Source of the DNA: an uncultured Verrucomicrobiae bacterium
Lineage (GTDB): Bacteria > Verrucomicrobiota > Verrucomicrobiia > Chthoniobacterales > UBA10450
Direction: 5' to 3'
Assembly (NCBI GenBank): GCA_963756875.1
Contig: CAVWPA010000003.1
Span: 1,280,001-1,344,000 of the forward strand
DNA length: 64,000 bases
The first letter of the stretch is position 1. Each line of letters starts with the position of its first letter. The position numbers and the translations under genes were made by a program. The notes beneath the pieces were generated by a model. The model had not been told where the DNA came from. It ran no database searches and worked only from the letters and a program-made list of their open reading frames with translations. Shown here piece after piece: positions 31,974 to 44,625 of the stretch.

Positions 31974-32837
31974 TTAGGAAAGGCGCGCTCGAAACCGAAT
32001 CCCCATAAATAGCGCGCCGATCGCCAACATCGTCCAAGTGGATGGCTCTGGAACTACCGTGAATGCGATAGCGTCGGAGTTATTTGGTAACAGACCAATG
32101 TTGGTGATAGAACCAGTCGTGGTGTTGATGCTTATCAAGCTCACGGTTCGGTCCGGCGTAGTCTGGCTGTTATTCGATCCAAACAGCACACCCGCGGCGT
32201 CGATGGCGAACGCGTTTATTCGGAAACTCTGCGGAGCGTTCGTCAGGGTTGGGCCCGTGGTCAGTGCGCCGTTGGAGGGATCCAGCGTGTCAAGCGTGCC
32301 CGAGGGGCCTGAGTTCGAGGAGTAGAGTGTCCCGGTGGGACTGAACGCCAAGGCATCGCCCTCGCCGCCGTTTCCAGAGGAGCCAACCGCCGTCAGGCCG
32401 CCCGTCGAAAGATTAACCGTATACAAAGTTGATCCGCTATAGCCGAAGAGCGTCCCGTCCGATCGAAATGAAATGTCGCCCAGCCCCACGGATCCAAACG
32501 GATCGATCAGGCTGCCGATCACCGAAGCCGCGCCCGTTGCCGGATTGATCGTTACCAAGGTGCGCGGGGAATTTGGCGATTCTAAACCGGTGACGCCATA
32601 GAGCAGACCATTCAAAGGATCAAAGGCCAGGCCGGTGATGCCAAGCGGACTGGCGCCCGCGAGAATGGGACCGACCTGGGTAAATACCGCTGTCGTCGGA
32701 TCGACGGTGTAGAGAACGCCGTTCACGCCCCGCGAACCCGTTGCCGCATACAAGAGTTCCTGCGCCTGGAGAGGCGTGGCCAAAGCCCAAACGACGCCGA
32801 TCCCGACCAGCAGAAATCTGAACGCGCATTTCGGCAT
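31974..32837 (-). CDS. PEP-CTERM protein with beta-propeller-like repeats
   Basis: Signal peptide; repeated L.T.DP.TG/LAF.P.G.LY units; VPEPSTW-TM-RFRAR. Confidence 0.9.
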   Translation of the reverse strand: MPKCAFRFLLVGIGVVWALATPLQAQELLYAATGSRGVNGVLYTVDPTTAVFTQVGPILAGASPLGITGLAFDPLNGLLYGVTGLESPNSPRTLVTINPATGAASVIGSLIDPFGSVGLGDISFRSDGTLFGYSGSTLYTVNLSTGGLTAVGSSGNGGEGDALAFSPTGTLYSSNSGPSGTLDTLDPSNGALTTGPTLTNAPQSFRINAFAIDAAGVLFGSNNSQTTPDRTVSLISINTTTGSITNIGLLPNNSDAIAFTVVPEPSTWTMLAIGALFMGIRFRARLS

Positions 32838-33391
32838 CTCGCCATCATGCGATTTTTAACCACGCACAGTCAACAGCCGAAACAGCTTTCCGTGTTTCAG
32901 TTTTTAGCTTTTCCAACGCCTCAACGCCTCTCTCTGCTCTTGGCTCTTCGCCCTTCGCCCCCCCGCATATTCTCTGGTGTCGCGGCGAATTGTGGGGCGT
33001 CTGTGTCAGACGCCAAGCGCCTTTCCGGCCCTGCGCTCGTTAAAGCGCGAAACTCGGTTCCCCGAAACCTGTGGAATCGAGTTGTTGGCGTGCACGAATT
33101 CGACCGAAGCCTGACGGAGCGATGTCAGCCGTTCTTTCTGGACGACTATCTACGGGCAAACCCGGAACACCACCATGCAAGTCCGGGCAGTTGGAGAAGG
33201 ATTTAGGATTGAAAGTGAGTTCCGCCAGACATGCTGCACGGCTGGTAATGTTCGAGGTCATGAGGTCCTTTTTCGTTGGTTCAAATGGGTCCAGGCCCGG
33301 AATGGAACTATTCAAGATCGACGGACACCCTTGCCAGGCCGAGGCGCTGTTGCGCGGGGAGCAGGCAAGCGTGCCGTTGATACGTTACTGA

Positions 33392-33625
33392 TTAACTTTT
33401 CCCGGCCAGGACTCCCTCGACCTTGCTCTTCACGAAACCGCCCGCTTGCTGGGTAATCCCGCTCGTGTTTCCGGTTCCACCGGTAAGGAATGGTTCCAGT
33501 TGGCTGGCGATCGGCGCCGGCAATTTCGTTTTCAGGAAATCAAACACCACGAGCACCGCCTTCTGGGCGTTCTCCTGGGTGATCCCTGTTTTCTTTACAA
33601 TCAGGTTTATTACTTGTTCGTTCAT
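33392..33625 (-). CDS. Small conserved hypothetical protein
   Basis: MNEQVINLIVKKTGITQENAQKAV..V..FLK.KLP.PIA pattern. Confidence 0.7.
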   Translation of the reverse strand: MNEQVINLIVKKTGITQENAQKAVLVVFDFLKTKLPAPIASQLEPFLTGGTGNTSGITQQAGGFVKSKVEGVLAGKS

Positions 33626-33724
33626 GCAGGACTCTCGGCCCGCGCATGATGAACTGCGCGCTGGATATTGCCAAAAGCAGCCCGCTTATTGCAGTCCGGG
33701 CCCGGACCTCTGACCTGTGCCCGC

Positions 33725-33871
33725 TCAGAGCCCTCGCCTGCCTTGGATCAGGTTAATGATGATGACGATGACGGCAATCACCAGGAGGAGATGGATTAGA
33801 CCGCCGCCGATGTGGGTGAGGAAGCCGAGAAGCCAGAGTACGACCAGGATAACAACTATAGTCCAGAGCAT
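33725..33871 (-). CDS. lmo0937/DUF5670-like small membrane protein (48 aa)
   Basis: Read by hand: MLWTIVVILVVLWLLGFLTHIGGGLIHLLLVIAVIVIIINLIQGRRGL*. Confidence 0.85.
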   Translation of the reverse strand: MLWTIVVILVVLWLLGFLTHIGGGLIHLLLVIAVIVIIINLIQGRRGL

Positions 33872-34175
33872 GATTTTCCTTTCGATTTATTGAATTGGCC
33901 GCTATTGCGACACACCGTGGAGATTCGATCAAGCAAAAACCGATCAAGCAAAAGCTTTGACTGCCGCCAGCTAAAACGTCCAAAGCCCGCCTGCCGTGTG
34001 TGGGTCGCTCCGCGTCGTCCTGGGCCGGCTCCGCGCTTCCTCAGCTCTTACCGCTCCGCCCTTACCCCTTTGCTTCCCGCCGCCCGCGCCTCAGTTCCGC
34101 AATTCTGACTGGCATCCTCCCTGGCTCACCGTAGCTAACGGAGGCAGCTGCCCTGCGCTATGCGCTTGAACGTTT

Positions 34176-34274
34176 CTAGCGACGGCGGTTCGTCCATAGG
34201 CTGAGTTCGAGTTGACGATGAAATTCCCTGGAGCGCCGTGCCCAGAGCCAGCGAAACAGACGATAAACGTTCAT
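34176..34274 (-). CDS. Putative 32-aa peptide with QLELSL motif
   Basis: Read by hand: MNVYRLFRWLWARRSREFHRQLELSLWTNRRR*; the start codon lies inside a LexA-box-like palindrome. Confidence 0.35.
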   Translation of the reverse strand: MNVYRLFRWLWARRSREFHRQLELSLWTNRRR

Positions 34275-34281
34275 GTGAACA
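34268..34281. promoter_or_regulatory. Putative Verrucomicrobia-type LexA box
   Basis: CGTTC-ATGT-GAACA, one mismatch from TGTTC-N4-GAACA. Confidence 0.45.
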
Positions 34282-34420
34282 TATAAGCCTGTACAGCCAC
34301 GCTCGGCAACCCAAAATTTCAGCCGCCGGCTATTTTGCAACCGGTGGCGCCTTAAAAAGATCGCCTGCGCGCTTCATTCTTACTTCTTAAGTCTTACTTC
34401 GTTAGTACAGTTCCGGATTC

Positions 34421-35143
34421 ATGAGCGCCGATTTCGCCGAACTTGATTACCGCCAGACCCCGCTGGGCGAGCTCATCCTGCGTCGCCGCCGACTTCTCTC
34501 GCTTGATCGCCTTGAGATCTTCGAAGTCAAACTGGGCGACTACTTTCTCATGTCGAGCCTCTTCCACGACGTGGAAGTCGCGCTGGCCGATCTCGGGCTC
34601 GCCGCGCTGAACGCGCCGGAGCTCGATGTCGTAGTCGGCGGGCTCGGGCTCGGCTACACCGCCCTCGCGGCCCTGAAGAATCCGGCTGTGCGCTCTCTTA
34701 TTATAGTGGAAGCGCTCGCCCCGGTCATTGAGTGGCACGAGCGTGGATTGGTTCCGCTCGGTCCGCTGCTCACGTCCGATCCGCGCTGTCGCTTCGTGCA
34801 GGCCGATTTTTTTGCGCTAGCCGCCGTACCGGAACAGGGGTTCGATCCGGAAAGTCCCGGCCGCAAATTCCACGCTGTCCTGCTCGATATCGACCATTCG
34901 CCGCGCCATCTCTTGTATGAACAGAATGCTGCCTTTTACGAAGTGGACGGCCTGCGCCGTCTCGCCGCCCAGCTTCATCCCGGCGGCGTTTTCACCCTGT
35001 GGTCGGACGACCCGCCCGACCACGATTTTCTGGTTAATCTTCGCCAAAGCTTTACTGAGGCCGACGTGCGCACCGTTTCTTTTTTCAATCCGCTCCTGGA
35101 AGAAAATTCCTCCAGCACGGTTTACATTGCGCGCCGCGCCTGA
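34421..35143 (+). CDS. Spermidine-synthase-like SAM-dependent methyltransferase
   Basis: VVVGGLGLGYT SAM motif, LLDIDHSP and LHPGGVF.LWS. Confidence 0.85.
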   Translation: MSADFAELDYRQTPLGELILRRRRLLSLDRLEIFEVKLGDYFLMSSLFHDVEVALADLGLAALNAPELDVVVGGLGLGYTALAALKNPAVRSLIIVEALAPVIEWHERGLVPLGPLLTSDPRCRFVQADFFALAAVPEQGFDPESPGRKFHAVLLDIDHSPRHLLYEQNAAFYEVDGLRRLAAQLHPGGVFTLWSDDPPDHDFLVNLRQSFTEADVRTVSFFNPLLEENSSSTVYIARRA

Positions 35144-35303
35144 GCCCGTTAGGCGTGCCCCTCGTCGCTCCGGAGAGGCGAAACTCGCGTTCGCTGAGAT
35201 CGCCATATGAAAACGCATTCCGGTTCCACGGAGATTCGTCCCGGCACAAGATCGACAAGGTGTAGAGGTGGCCGTGTCGGCCGCAACGCGCGACGCGAGC
35301 GCA

Positions 35304-35711
35304 TCACCGTTTCAGCTTCGCTCGGAGCTGTCGTTCAATGTCGTCGTCGTCGTAGGTTCGCCGCACCGGAACGCGCAAAATCGGTAAGCTGGCGATCTCA
35401 AGTATTCGATCAACGTCGCGGTCTCGTGCTTGGCGATCTGGGCGTTGATGCGAGGAATCGTCAAGCTCGACAGCGATGATCGGGCAGAGTGCTGCGTCGC
35501 AGACCACAAAATCGACATGTTTTGAGCAGATCCGCCTGAAGTTTGCTTGCCGCAGGCGATGTCGTTCGTCGGCCTCGACTAAATCAGCCAGCCTCACTTT
35601 TGCGTGGACAGTGTGTGGGACTACAATGCGGCGAAGAACTCCGTAGAAGTATCTTTCGGCCCGCGATAAAAGGAATTTCCGGCGAAAAAATGGCTTCAGT
35701 GCAACGTCCAT
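35304..35711 (-). CDS. DUF2726 (PD-(D/E)XK-like) protein
   Basis: LLSRAE..F, KVRLADL, KHVDFVVCD, AVELDDSSH, RD and LPILR motifs. Confidence 0.88.
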   Translation of the reverse strand: MDVALKPFFRRKFLLSRAERYFYGVLRRIVVPHTVHAKVRLADLVEADERHRLRQANFRRICSKHVDFVVCDAALCPIIAVELDDSSHQRPDRQARDRDVDRILEIASLPILRVPVRRTYDDDDIERQLRAKLKR

Positions 35712-35815
35712 CCATGAAATTTCAGCAGTTGATATGCCGACCACAGCAATTGCGTGCCCGAACAGTGGGGACGAAACTTGCTCTTTAAAGCCTTTTCGAA
35801 GAAAGTCCTGAAACG

Positions 35816-36520
35816 ATGACGAACACAGAGACCCAAGACGTGAGAGAACTGCCTGCGTACGGAGTTGCGGAGGCAGCGCACTACCTTCTGGTCCCCCGCG
35901 CGACTTTGCGTTCGTGGCTCGCGGGAATGTCATACGGTACAGGCTCCGGACGAAAACTATTCAAACCCGTGATTCAGCCGGCTGCCAGGTCCCCGGTCGC
36001 ACTTTCGTTTGTTAATTTGATTGAGGCCCATGTCCTGGCCGCCATCCGGCGAAAATATCGAGTCGACATGCCGGCCGTTCGTAGATCCATCGACTTTTTG
36101 AAAAATAAGCTTGGCTCGGCGCATCCTCTCTCTGATCACAAATTCGAAACCAACGGTGTTGACCTGTTCATAGAACGTTACGGGCAGCTCATGTCTGTAT
36201 CGCAAGGTGGGCAGCTTGCAGTGAGAGAATTGCTGAAAGCACATCTGCGCAGAATCGAACGCGATGAGAAAGGATTTCCACTGCGGCTTTATCCATTTAC
36301 GCGCGTGGGTGACACCGATCAGCCGAGGAACATCGTCATCGATCCGTTTGTGTCATTTGGTCGTGCCGTCATTTCTGGAACGGGAGTGAGCACCGAGTTG
36401 GTTGCCGAACGCTTCAAGGCCGGCGAATCCGCGGACGAACTCGCCAGCGATTACGGCTGCGAACGGGAAAAGATTGAAGAAGCGATCCGTTGCGAACTCA
36501 GCCTCGCCGAAGCCGCCTGA
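35816..36520 (+). CDS. DUF433-domain antitoxin (VapB45-like)
   Basis: N-terminal HTH (Y...EAAHYL.VP..TLRSW), SF.NL.E, and C-terminal IDP...FGR.V..GTGV...AGES...LA.DY. Confidence 0.85.
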   Translation: MTNTETQDVRELPAYGVAEAAHYLLVPRATLRSWLAGMSYGTGSGRKLFKPVIQPAARSPVALSFVNLIEAHVLAAIRRKYRVDMPAVRRSIDFLKNKLGSAHPLSDHKFETNGVDLFIERYGQLMSVSQGGQLAVRELLKAHLRRIERDEKGFPLRLYPFTRVGDTDQPRNIVIDPFVSFGRAVISGTGVSTELVAERFKAGESADELASDYGCEREKIEEAIRCELSLAEAA

Positions 36521-36908
36521 AGAACTCACTTTCTTTCTCGATCGCCAACTTGGCCGTTACAAGATGGCTGGGGCGCTTCGGAATGCCGGTCTCAAGGTCG
36601 AGATACACGACGATCATTTTCCGCAGAACGCTCAAGACCCGGAGTGGTTGGCAGCGGCTGGGAAGAACAACTGGGTTGTAGTCACGAGGGATGAACGCAT
36701 TCGCTACCGTGTCGCCGAGAAACAAGCGATCCGCCGCGCCAAAGTCCGGGCATTCGTGATCGCTGCTCAAGGCGATTTGCGAGCAGAAATACTGGCAGAC
36801 ATTTTTCTCAAAGCGCTTCCCAAAATTCGGCGAACCGTGAAACAGCGGAAGCCGCCCTTCATCGCAAAGATTTCACGCGGCGGCGACGTCGTTGTCCTTG
36901 AATTCTAA
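36474..36908 (+). CDS. PIN-domain toxin (VapC45-like)
   Basis: FFLDRQLG, D.EWL and VVTRDERIRY motifs; likely TTG start at 36474 overlapping the antitoxin end. Confidence 0.82.
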   Translation: MKKRSVANSASPKPPEELTFFLDRQLGRYKMAGALRNAGLKVEIHDDHFPQNAQDPEWLAAAGKNNWVVVTRDERIRYRVAEKQAIRRAKVRAFVIAAQGDLRAEILADIFLKALPKIRRTVKQRKPPFIAKISRGGDVVVLEF

Positions 36909-36945
36909 TCTCTGACTTGTGACCGTCGACCTGCGGGCTTTCAGC

Positions 36946-37241
36946 CAGTGTCGATAGTTAGCTCAGACCCCTTTTTGCCTGACCCGTTGTGCGACGTCTT
37001 CGCCGGCTCCGCGCCCTTAGCCCTTACCGCTTCGCCCTTACCCCCTTGCTTCCCGCAGCGCGCGAATACGAAGCCAAACTCAAAATGCGGAAAAAGAACA
37101 AAATGGAGCGAAAGGGTTGAGCGACATAGAAGGTAAAGCCGTAAGGGTAGCGGCGAGAGAGCGTAGGAAGCGACCGAGTTTCAAAGCCCGCGCGTCAGTG
37201 CCGCAGTTCTGACGCAGCAGTGTCGATAGTTAGCTCTGACC
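36946..37241 (+). repeat. 24-bp direct repeat CAGTGTCGATAGTTAGCTC(A/T)GACC
   Basis: Copies at 36946-36969 and 37218-37241; a diverged copy at ~30247-30271. Confidence 0.75.
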
Positions 37242-37263
37242 GTTAGCTAGTTTCCGTGGTAAT

Positions 37264-37896
37264 TCAGTGGGGCGTCTTGGGCGGCAGGCCTTTAAAGAAG
37301 ACGACCGGCTTGAGCGCGTTGAGCTTTGCCGTCACACTCCTGCGACCAAGTTGATATTCAATTACGGGAGTCATATCAAAGACTCCTTCGGACTTTCCGC
37401 GGACGACAATTTCAATCGATTCCTGATCGTTTGCTTTAACGACGTTAAAGTTAGCGTTCGGGTCCGTCACGTGTGCATCAAAATCTCCCGTGCGACCTTC
37501 GACAGCGCATTCGTATTGCCTATATTGGCTTCCCGCGACCATCTCTCCGTTACCGACATATATTTTCCCCTGTCGGTAACTTGAGACTTGGATGCGGATG
37601 CTAGTCAGAGTAACGGTGAACGGGTTCCGGTTTGTTACCTGGAAACGAACAATCGGCGCCTGTGTCTCGCGACCTGTTCGGAAAATCGGGTTATCGATCG
37701 TAGGAAAACCATAAAGACCCTTCAGCTGTTCCCCGTTGCGGAGGTCGACCCCGTTAATGTCGTAACCGCGTTGCGGCGCTGCTACAGCTTCGCCGAATTC
37801 GAGAGGCTTAGAACGTTCTTTTAGCCAGTAAAGCAGAAGAGATACTGAAGCGCCCGCGACGATCGCAATTATCGCTACCCAAACGGCAGGAGTCAT
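37264..37896 (-). CDS. Hypothetical single-TM-anchored protein directly downstream of hsdR
   Basis: N-terminal TM helix then a beta-rich domain; starts 5 nt after the hsdR stop. Confidence 0.7.
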   Translation of the reverse strand: MTPAVWVAIIAIVAGASVSLLLYWLKERSKPLEFGEAVAAPQRGYDINGVDLRNGEQLKGLYGFPTIDNPIFRTGRETQAPIVRFQVTNRNPFTVTLTSIRIQVSSYRQGKIYVGNGEMVAGSQYRQYECAVEGRTGDFDAHVTDPNANFNVVKANDQESIEIVVRGKSEGVFDMTPVIEYQLGRRSVTAKLNALKPVVFFKGLPPKTPH

Positions 37897-37901
37897 GGTC
37901 T

Positions 37902-41072
<3,171 letters not shown>

Positions 41073-41075
41073 GGA

Positions 41076-42189
41076 CTAGACTGGTTCTGAAAAGAGACTC
41101 GCTGAATCGCAGACGCATCCAACCGAGCATCACGAGGTGATGAATGGCGCTGGCGACCTCCAGCTGTTTCTCGTCCGTCCGCCACGCCTTTTTCCAGTCC
41201 AGAATGAAATCGTAGAGCTGCTGTTCGGCGACTTCCTCTCCTGGTCTTGCGCGCTTGAGCTCCCGGCTCGCGAAGAGAACTGTCAGGACTTCCTCGGCTT
41301 GATCCGTATTCTTGATTCGGCTGAAAAGGTCGACCGTTTTCGCGATCCGTTTCGCGTGCCGTTCGATCACCTCGGTGTATTTGAGCCGATCCTCTTCGTA
41401 TTGCGGGGCTGCGCGCAACGCGGTCATTTTGCCCAGCTGCTCTTCGCGCACCCAGTTCCGGTTCGCCAATTCATGAAGGGCGATTTTTACCTCATCCGCG
41501 AATGGTCCGTAGCTTCCTTTTTCAAAACGGAAACCGGTTTGAACTCCCGTCTCCGTGAGGACGTAGGCAATTTTTTGTAAAATGGTTCGCCCCACCGGAT
41601 TCGTGTACGGCTGCTGACCCAGTTCACGCACCACCTCCACCAGCGCCACCCATTCAGGATTAAGCTTCTCTGGCGACGGCCTTTGCCGCTCAGGCTCATC
41701 TGCGAATTCGCGCCGAGGAAGTCCAGAGTGAGTTCATTTTTTGGCGTGCCGTAGGGGGCATAAACCTCCACATCGAAGTCGGCGTCGCGCAGCTTCGAAT
41801 AAATAAGCGGCCCAACCTCCGACCAATCCAGTCCGCCGTTTCCGCAGCCGAGAGGTGGAAAGGCCACGCTTTGGACGCCCCACTCCTCAGCGTGCGCGAC
41901 GAAGTAATCCAGGCCCCGGTTCATATCCGCGAGCCGCGATGCGGATCGCCAGTGATCTTTGGTCGGAAAGTTCACGATCATCGCACCGCCTGGATCGCGG
42001 TAAAGATACGGTTCACCCAACCGCACTTGTTTGCGCATGCACCGCGCGGCGTAATCTTCGAACATCGTCGGGTAGGCCTTCTTAAACTCCAGCGCGACGC
42101 CTTTCCCCATCACGCCAACGCAGTTCACGGTATTGATCAGCGTTTGAGCTGGGCTGTCGGAAAATGTCTCCGATCAGAGGTTTGAACAT
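41076..42189 (-). CDS. darG: DarG macrodomain antitoxin (frameshifted near 42160, 41665 and 41090)
   Basis: NTVNCVGVMGKGVALEFK, VNFPTKDHWR and PPLGCGNGGLDW; C-terminal LQKIAY...F.KG.YGPF. Confidence 0.88.
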
Positions 42190-42201
42190 GCGAATGCGGG
42201 A

Positions 42202-42788
42202 TTAGTGAAAGAATAAGGCCGAATCGACCACAATGGATAGTCCAAAGCCGAGTGCTCGGAGACGTTCCTCCGAGGTTTTGTCTACGCGGTACGCCCCCAG
42301 AAGGTATTCGGGTCCCACCCGATGCGGCACGAGCACTTCGGCGCATTTATGCGCGCTGTGCCTCCATTCCGCGATTTGGTCGTCAGGATGCTTCCAATTC
42401 AAGGCAAAGATATCCTCAAACGCGAGCACCCGCCACTGCGATGGAGCGAGGAACCGAACATACTTGCTTGAAGCATTGGAGTCGGCCAGGACGACGCCAT
42501 CTAAATTGAGCACATCAATCGAGACACGCAGAACACAAAGTTCCGTGGCTTCTTTTCTTCGCTTGGAGAGCATCGGATTTCGCGCGTGAAAATAGAGATT
42601 CGCATATTGATGCAGTTTTAGGCCGCTCGGCACCTGCTTCGATCCCGCAAATCTTGGACTGCCTGTAACGCCACCGAGCGGTGCTCCAGGCGGGCCGCCT
42701 GTTCGTGGGAGAGAATGCCGTGCTTCAAGACCGATGAGACGTTCTCAAGCGGCATGATGCACTGAAATTCGGTTACGCGCGGGTCCAT
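42202..42788 (-). CDS. darT: DarT DNA ADP-ribosyltransferase toxin (DUF4433), frameshift near 42645
   Basis: SVLKHGILS, LHQYANLYFHARNPML, DSNASS and catalytic CAEVLV; directly upstream of darG. Confidence 0.88.
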
Positions 42789-42854
42789 CGGTAGGTCGTA
42801 GCTTAGCGAGAGAACTCTATTCCCGAGGAGTCAATCTTCTGCTTCGCATCCATG

Positions 42855-43716
42855 TCATGGATGCTTCTCTTCAGACCAAGCTTCTGACGACATTTTCGGC
42901 AAAAGAGTGGCGCATCGAGCCGGGAGAAATTCCTTTCAACTCGAAGGTTTCACCCGTGATTTCGTGCGTCATGCGCGAAGCAAAACCAGCAATGAAATTC
43001 AGGATTGATCGAAATTCTTGCTCGGTTACTTCCCGAGCAAGCACGCCGAAAAGCTCCACCGAGTCCGTCCTTTGGCTCTGCTCCGGGAAGCGTGTGAAGT
43101 CGTTTCGCCAAGTTCACCGACTCACCCAAGAGAGTCCACTCACTATAGCCTTTCCTTCAATGCGATCCACGAACTGTAGGCCGGACCAGAGGCCGATTCG
43201 GAACGGATAGTTTGGTCCCAAGGGTGCGCTGGAGATCGTGCAGACTCCCGAGCAAGAAGCTCATGTCAAAGATTCCGGGAACTCCGCCGTCTGCCTCCAT
43301 GTCCGGTACAACAAACATAACTTCGTCTCCGATGGTCTTATCAACGAGTGCGCCGGCGTCGACAGCCTTATCCGTGATGCCGACAAGGAATGGCTTCAGG
43401 TATTCGCTAATTTCCGATGGCGATGAACCTGCAACGCGCGTCGAGAAACCGATCAAGTCTACGAAACCGACGAAGCCCTTAATTTCCCGCTGGCCGAAGT
43501 AAGCATTGGCAAACGCCGCGCCGCTGTCGGTAAGTTCGAGAGCGCGAGTGGAGTAAGCCCGAGGGTGGCGGCCGAGTCGATGTAGACCGGCTCGATGTTC
43601 AAGCCATTCATCCGTCTTTCGTCCAGCAATCATGCGGTCACCTGAATCATGTGCGTTCGAAACTCCACGAACCAGCTTGACGCTTCTTCAATTCTTGCAT
43701 CGTCCAACAAGGTCAT
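42855..43716 (-). CDS. Stand-alone class III nucleotidyl (adenylate-type) cyclase, several frameshifts
   Basis: Reassembled by hand: FVDLIGFS, VDKTIGDEVMF, FRIGL, EWTLLGESVNLAKRL and ELKG. Probable ATG at 43716; start and end are approximate. Confidence 0.78.
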
Positions 43717-43723
43717 GCTCAAG

Positions 43724-44623
43724 TTACCAACCGGCTTTCTTAGCTTCCGCGATCAGCGCCGCTGCACTGTAATTCATTTGGTTTTCGAAATCATTCCGTA
43801 ACCATCGGAAAATGCGGTCAAACACGAGCGGGCTCTTGCGGCGATTGTCGAAGACTTCGTCCTGAAGAAGCCGCGAGGTTGCCGTGACGTCGGCCTCCAC
43901 CTTCCCAACTAGTGCATCAGTCCACAGTTGCTGCGCATGATCTTTCAAAGCATCAAGGCGCTTTGCCGCCTCCAGTTGCTCGGTCAATTGCCTAACACCG
44001 AGGATCAGCAGCGGCGCCAAGGGGGCCACCACGCTGACAACAAATGTTCCAGGCTGAGTTGCCTTTGCAGCGCGACGCACAAAACAAGTCCGCAGATGAA
44101 AAGCACAAGCGATATGATGATAACGGCGTACCGGCGTCTCTGTTTTGCGTCCCACCAGCAATTCGAGCGTTGACACACGATGCGCCCGAGATGGAGCGGC
44201 AGCTGTGAGACCGAAGGGGCATACCAGTCGCGGAGAGTTGGCATCTCAGCCCGGAAGGGCGTATCGCCCTGATTTGTTCCTTTATCAGTTCCGGGTCCGG
44301 TCTGTGGCCAGCCTTGACTGAATTCCATGGGAGCTGAAGCACGTCACAGTCGAACTCCTCTTGGACTCGCGCCGCTCGTTCCCTGAGCAACTTCTGCCAT
44401 GGGGTCAGCCAGAGCACGTCGCACAGTGCGACGCCGATTCCGAAAAGAGCGGAGTAACCTTTTAGGTTTGGCCAGATCAAGCCAATCACGGCGGAAACGA
44501 CAGCGCCAGGGCCGCTCAGTATGATCAAGGGGTACTAAAGACACGCTTCGCTGGACCGGACAGCTGCCGTTGAGCGGCCAGTCGCTCGAGCTGTAGTGGC
44601 GAATTCTGTTCCGCAGCGATCAT
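43724..44623 (-). CDS. S-4TM (SMODS-associated four-TM) CBASS membrane effector, frameshifted
   Basis: EQNS...L..LAAQRQL..PAKR, AARVQEEFDCDVLQLPWN, LRDWY, CQRSNCWWDAKQRRRY and RLLQDEVF.NRR.SPLV across frames. Confidence 0.85.
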
Positions 44624-44625
44624 AC

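Noticed and set aside
29394..37241. VPQF repeats as a CRISPR array or integron attC sites
   Set aside because: Spacing is kilobases and irregular, and no cas or intI gene is present. Cargo genes lie in both orientations, there is no convincing attC box pairing, and the variation is codon-like.
42855..44623. Calling the cyclase plus TM gene a Pycsar system
   Set aside because: The TM protein matches S-4TM with no cNMP-binding domain, and the cyclase has ATP-type specificity residues.
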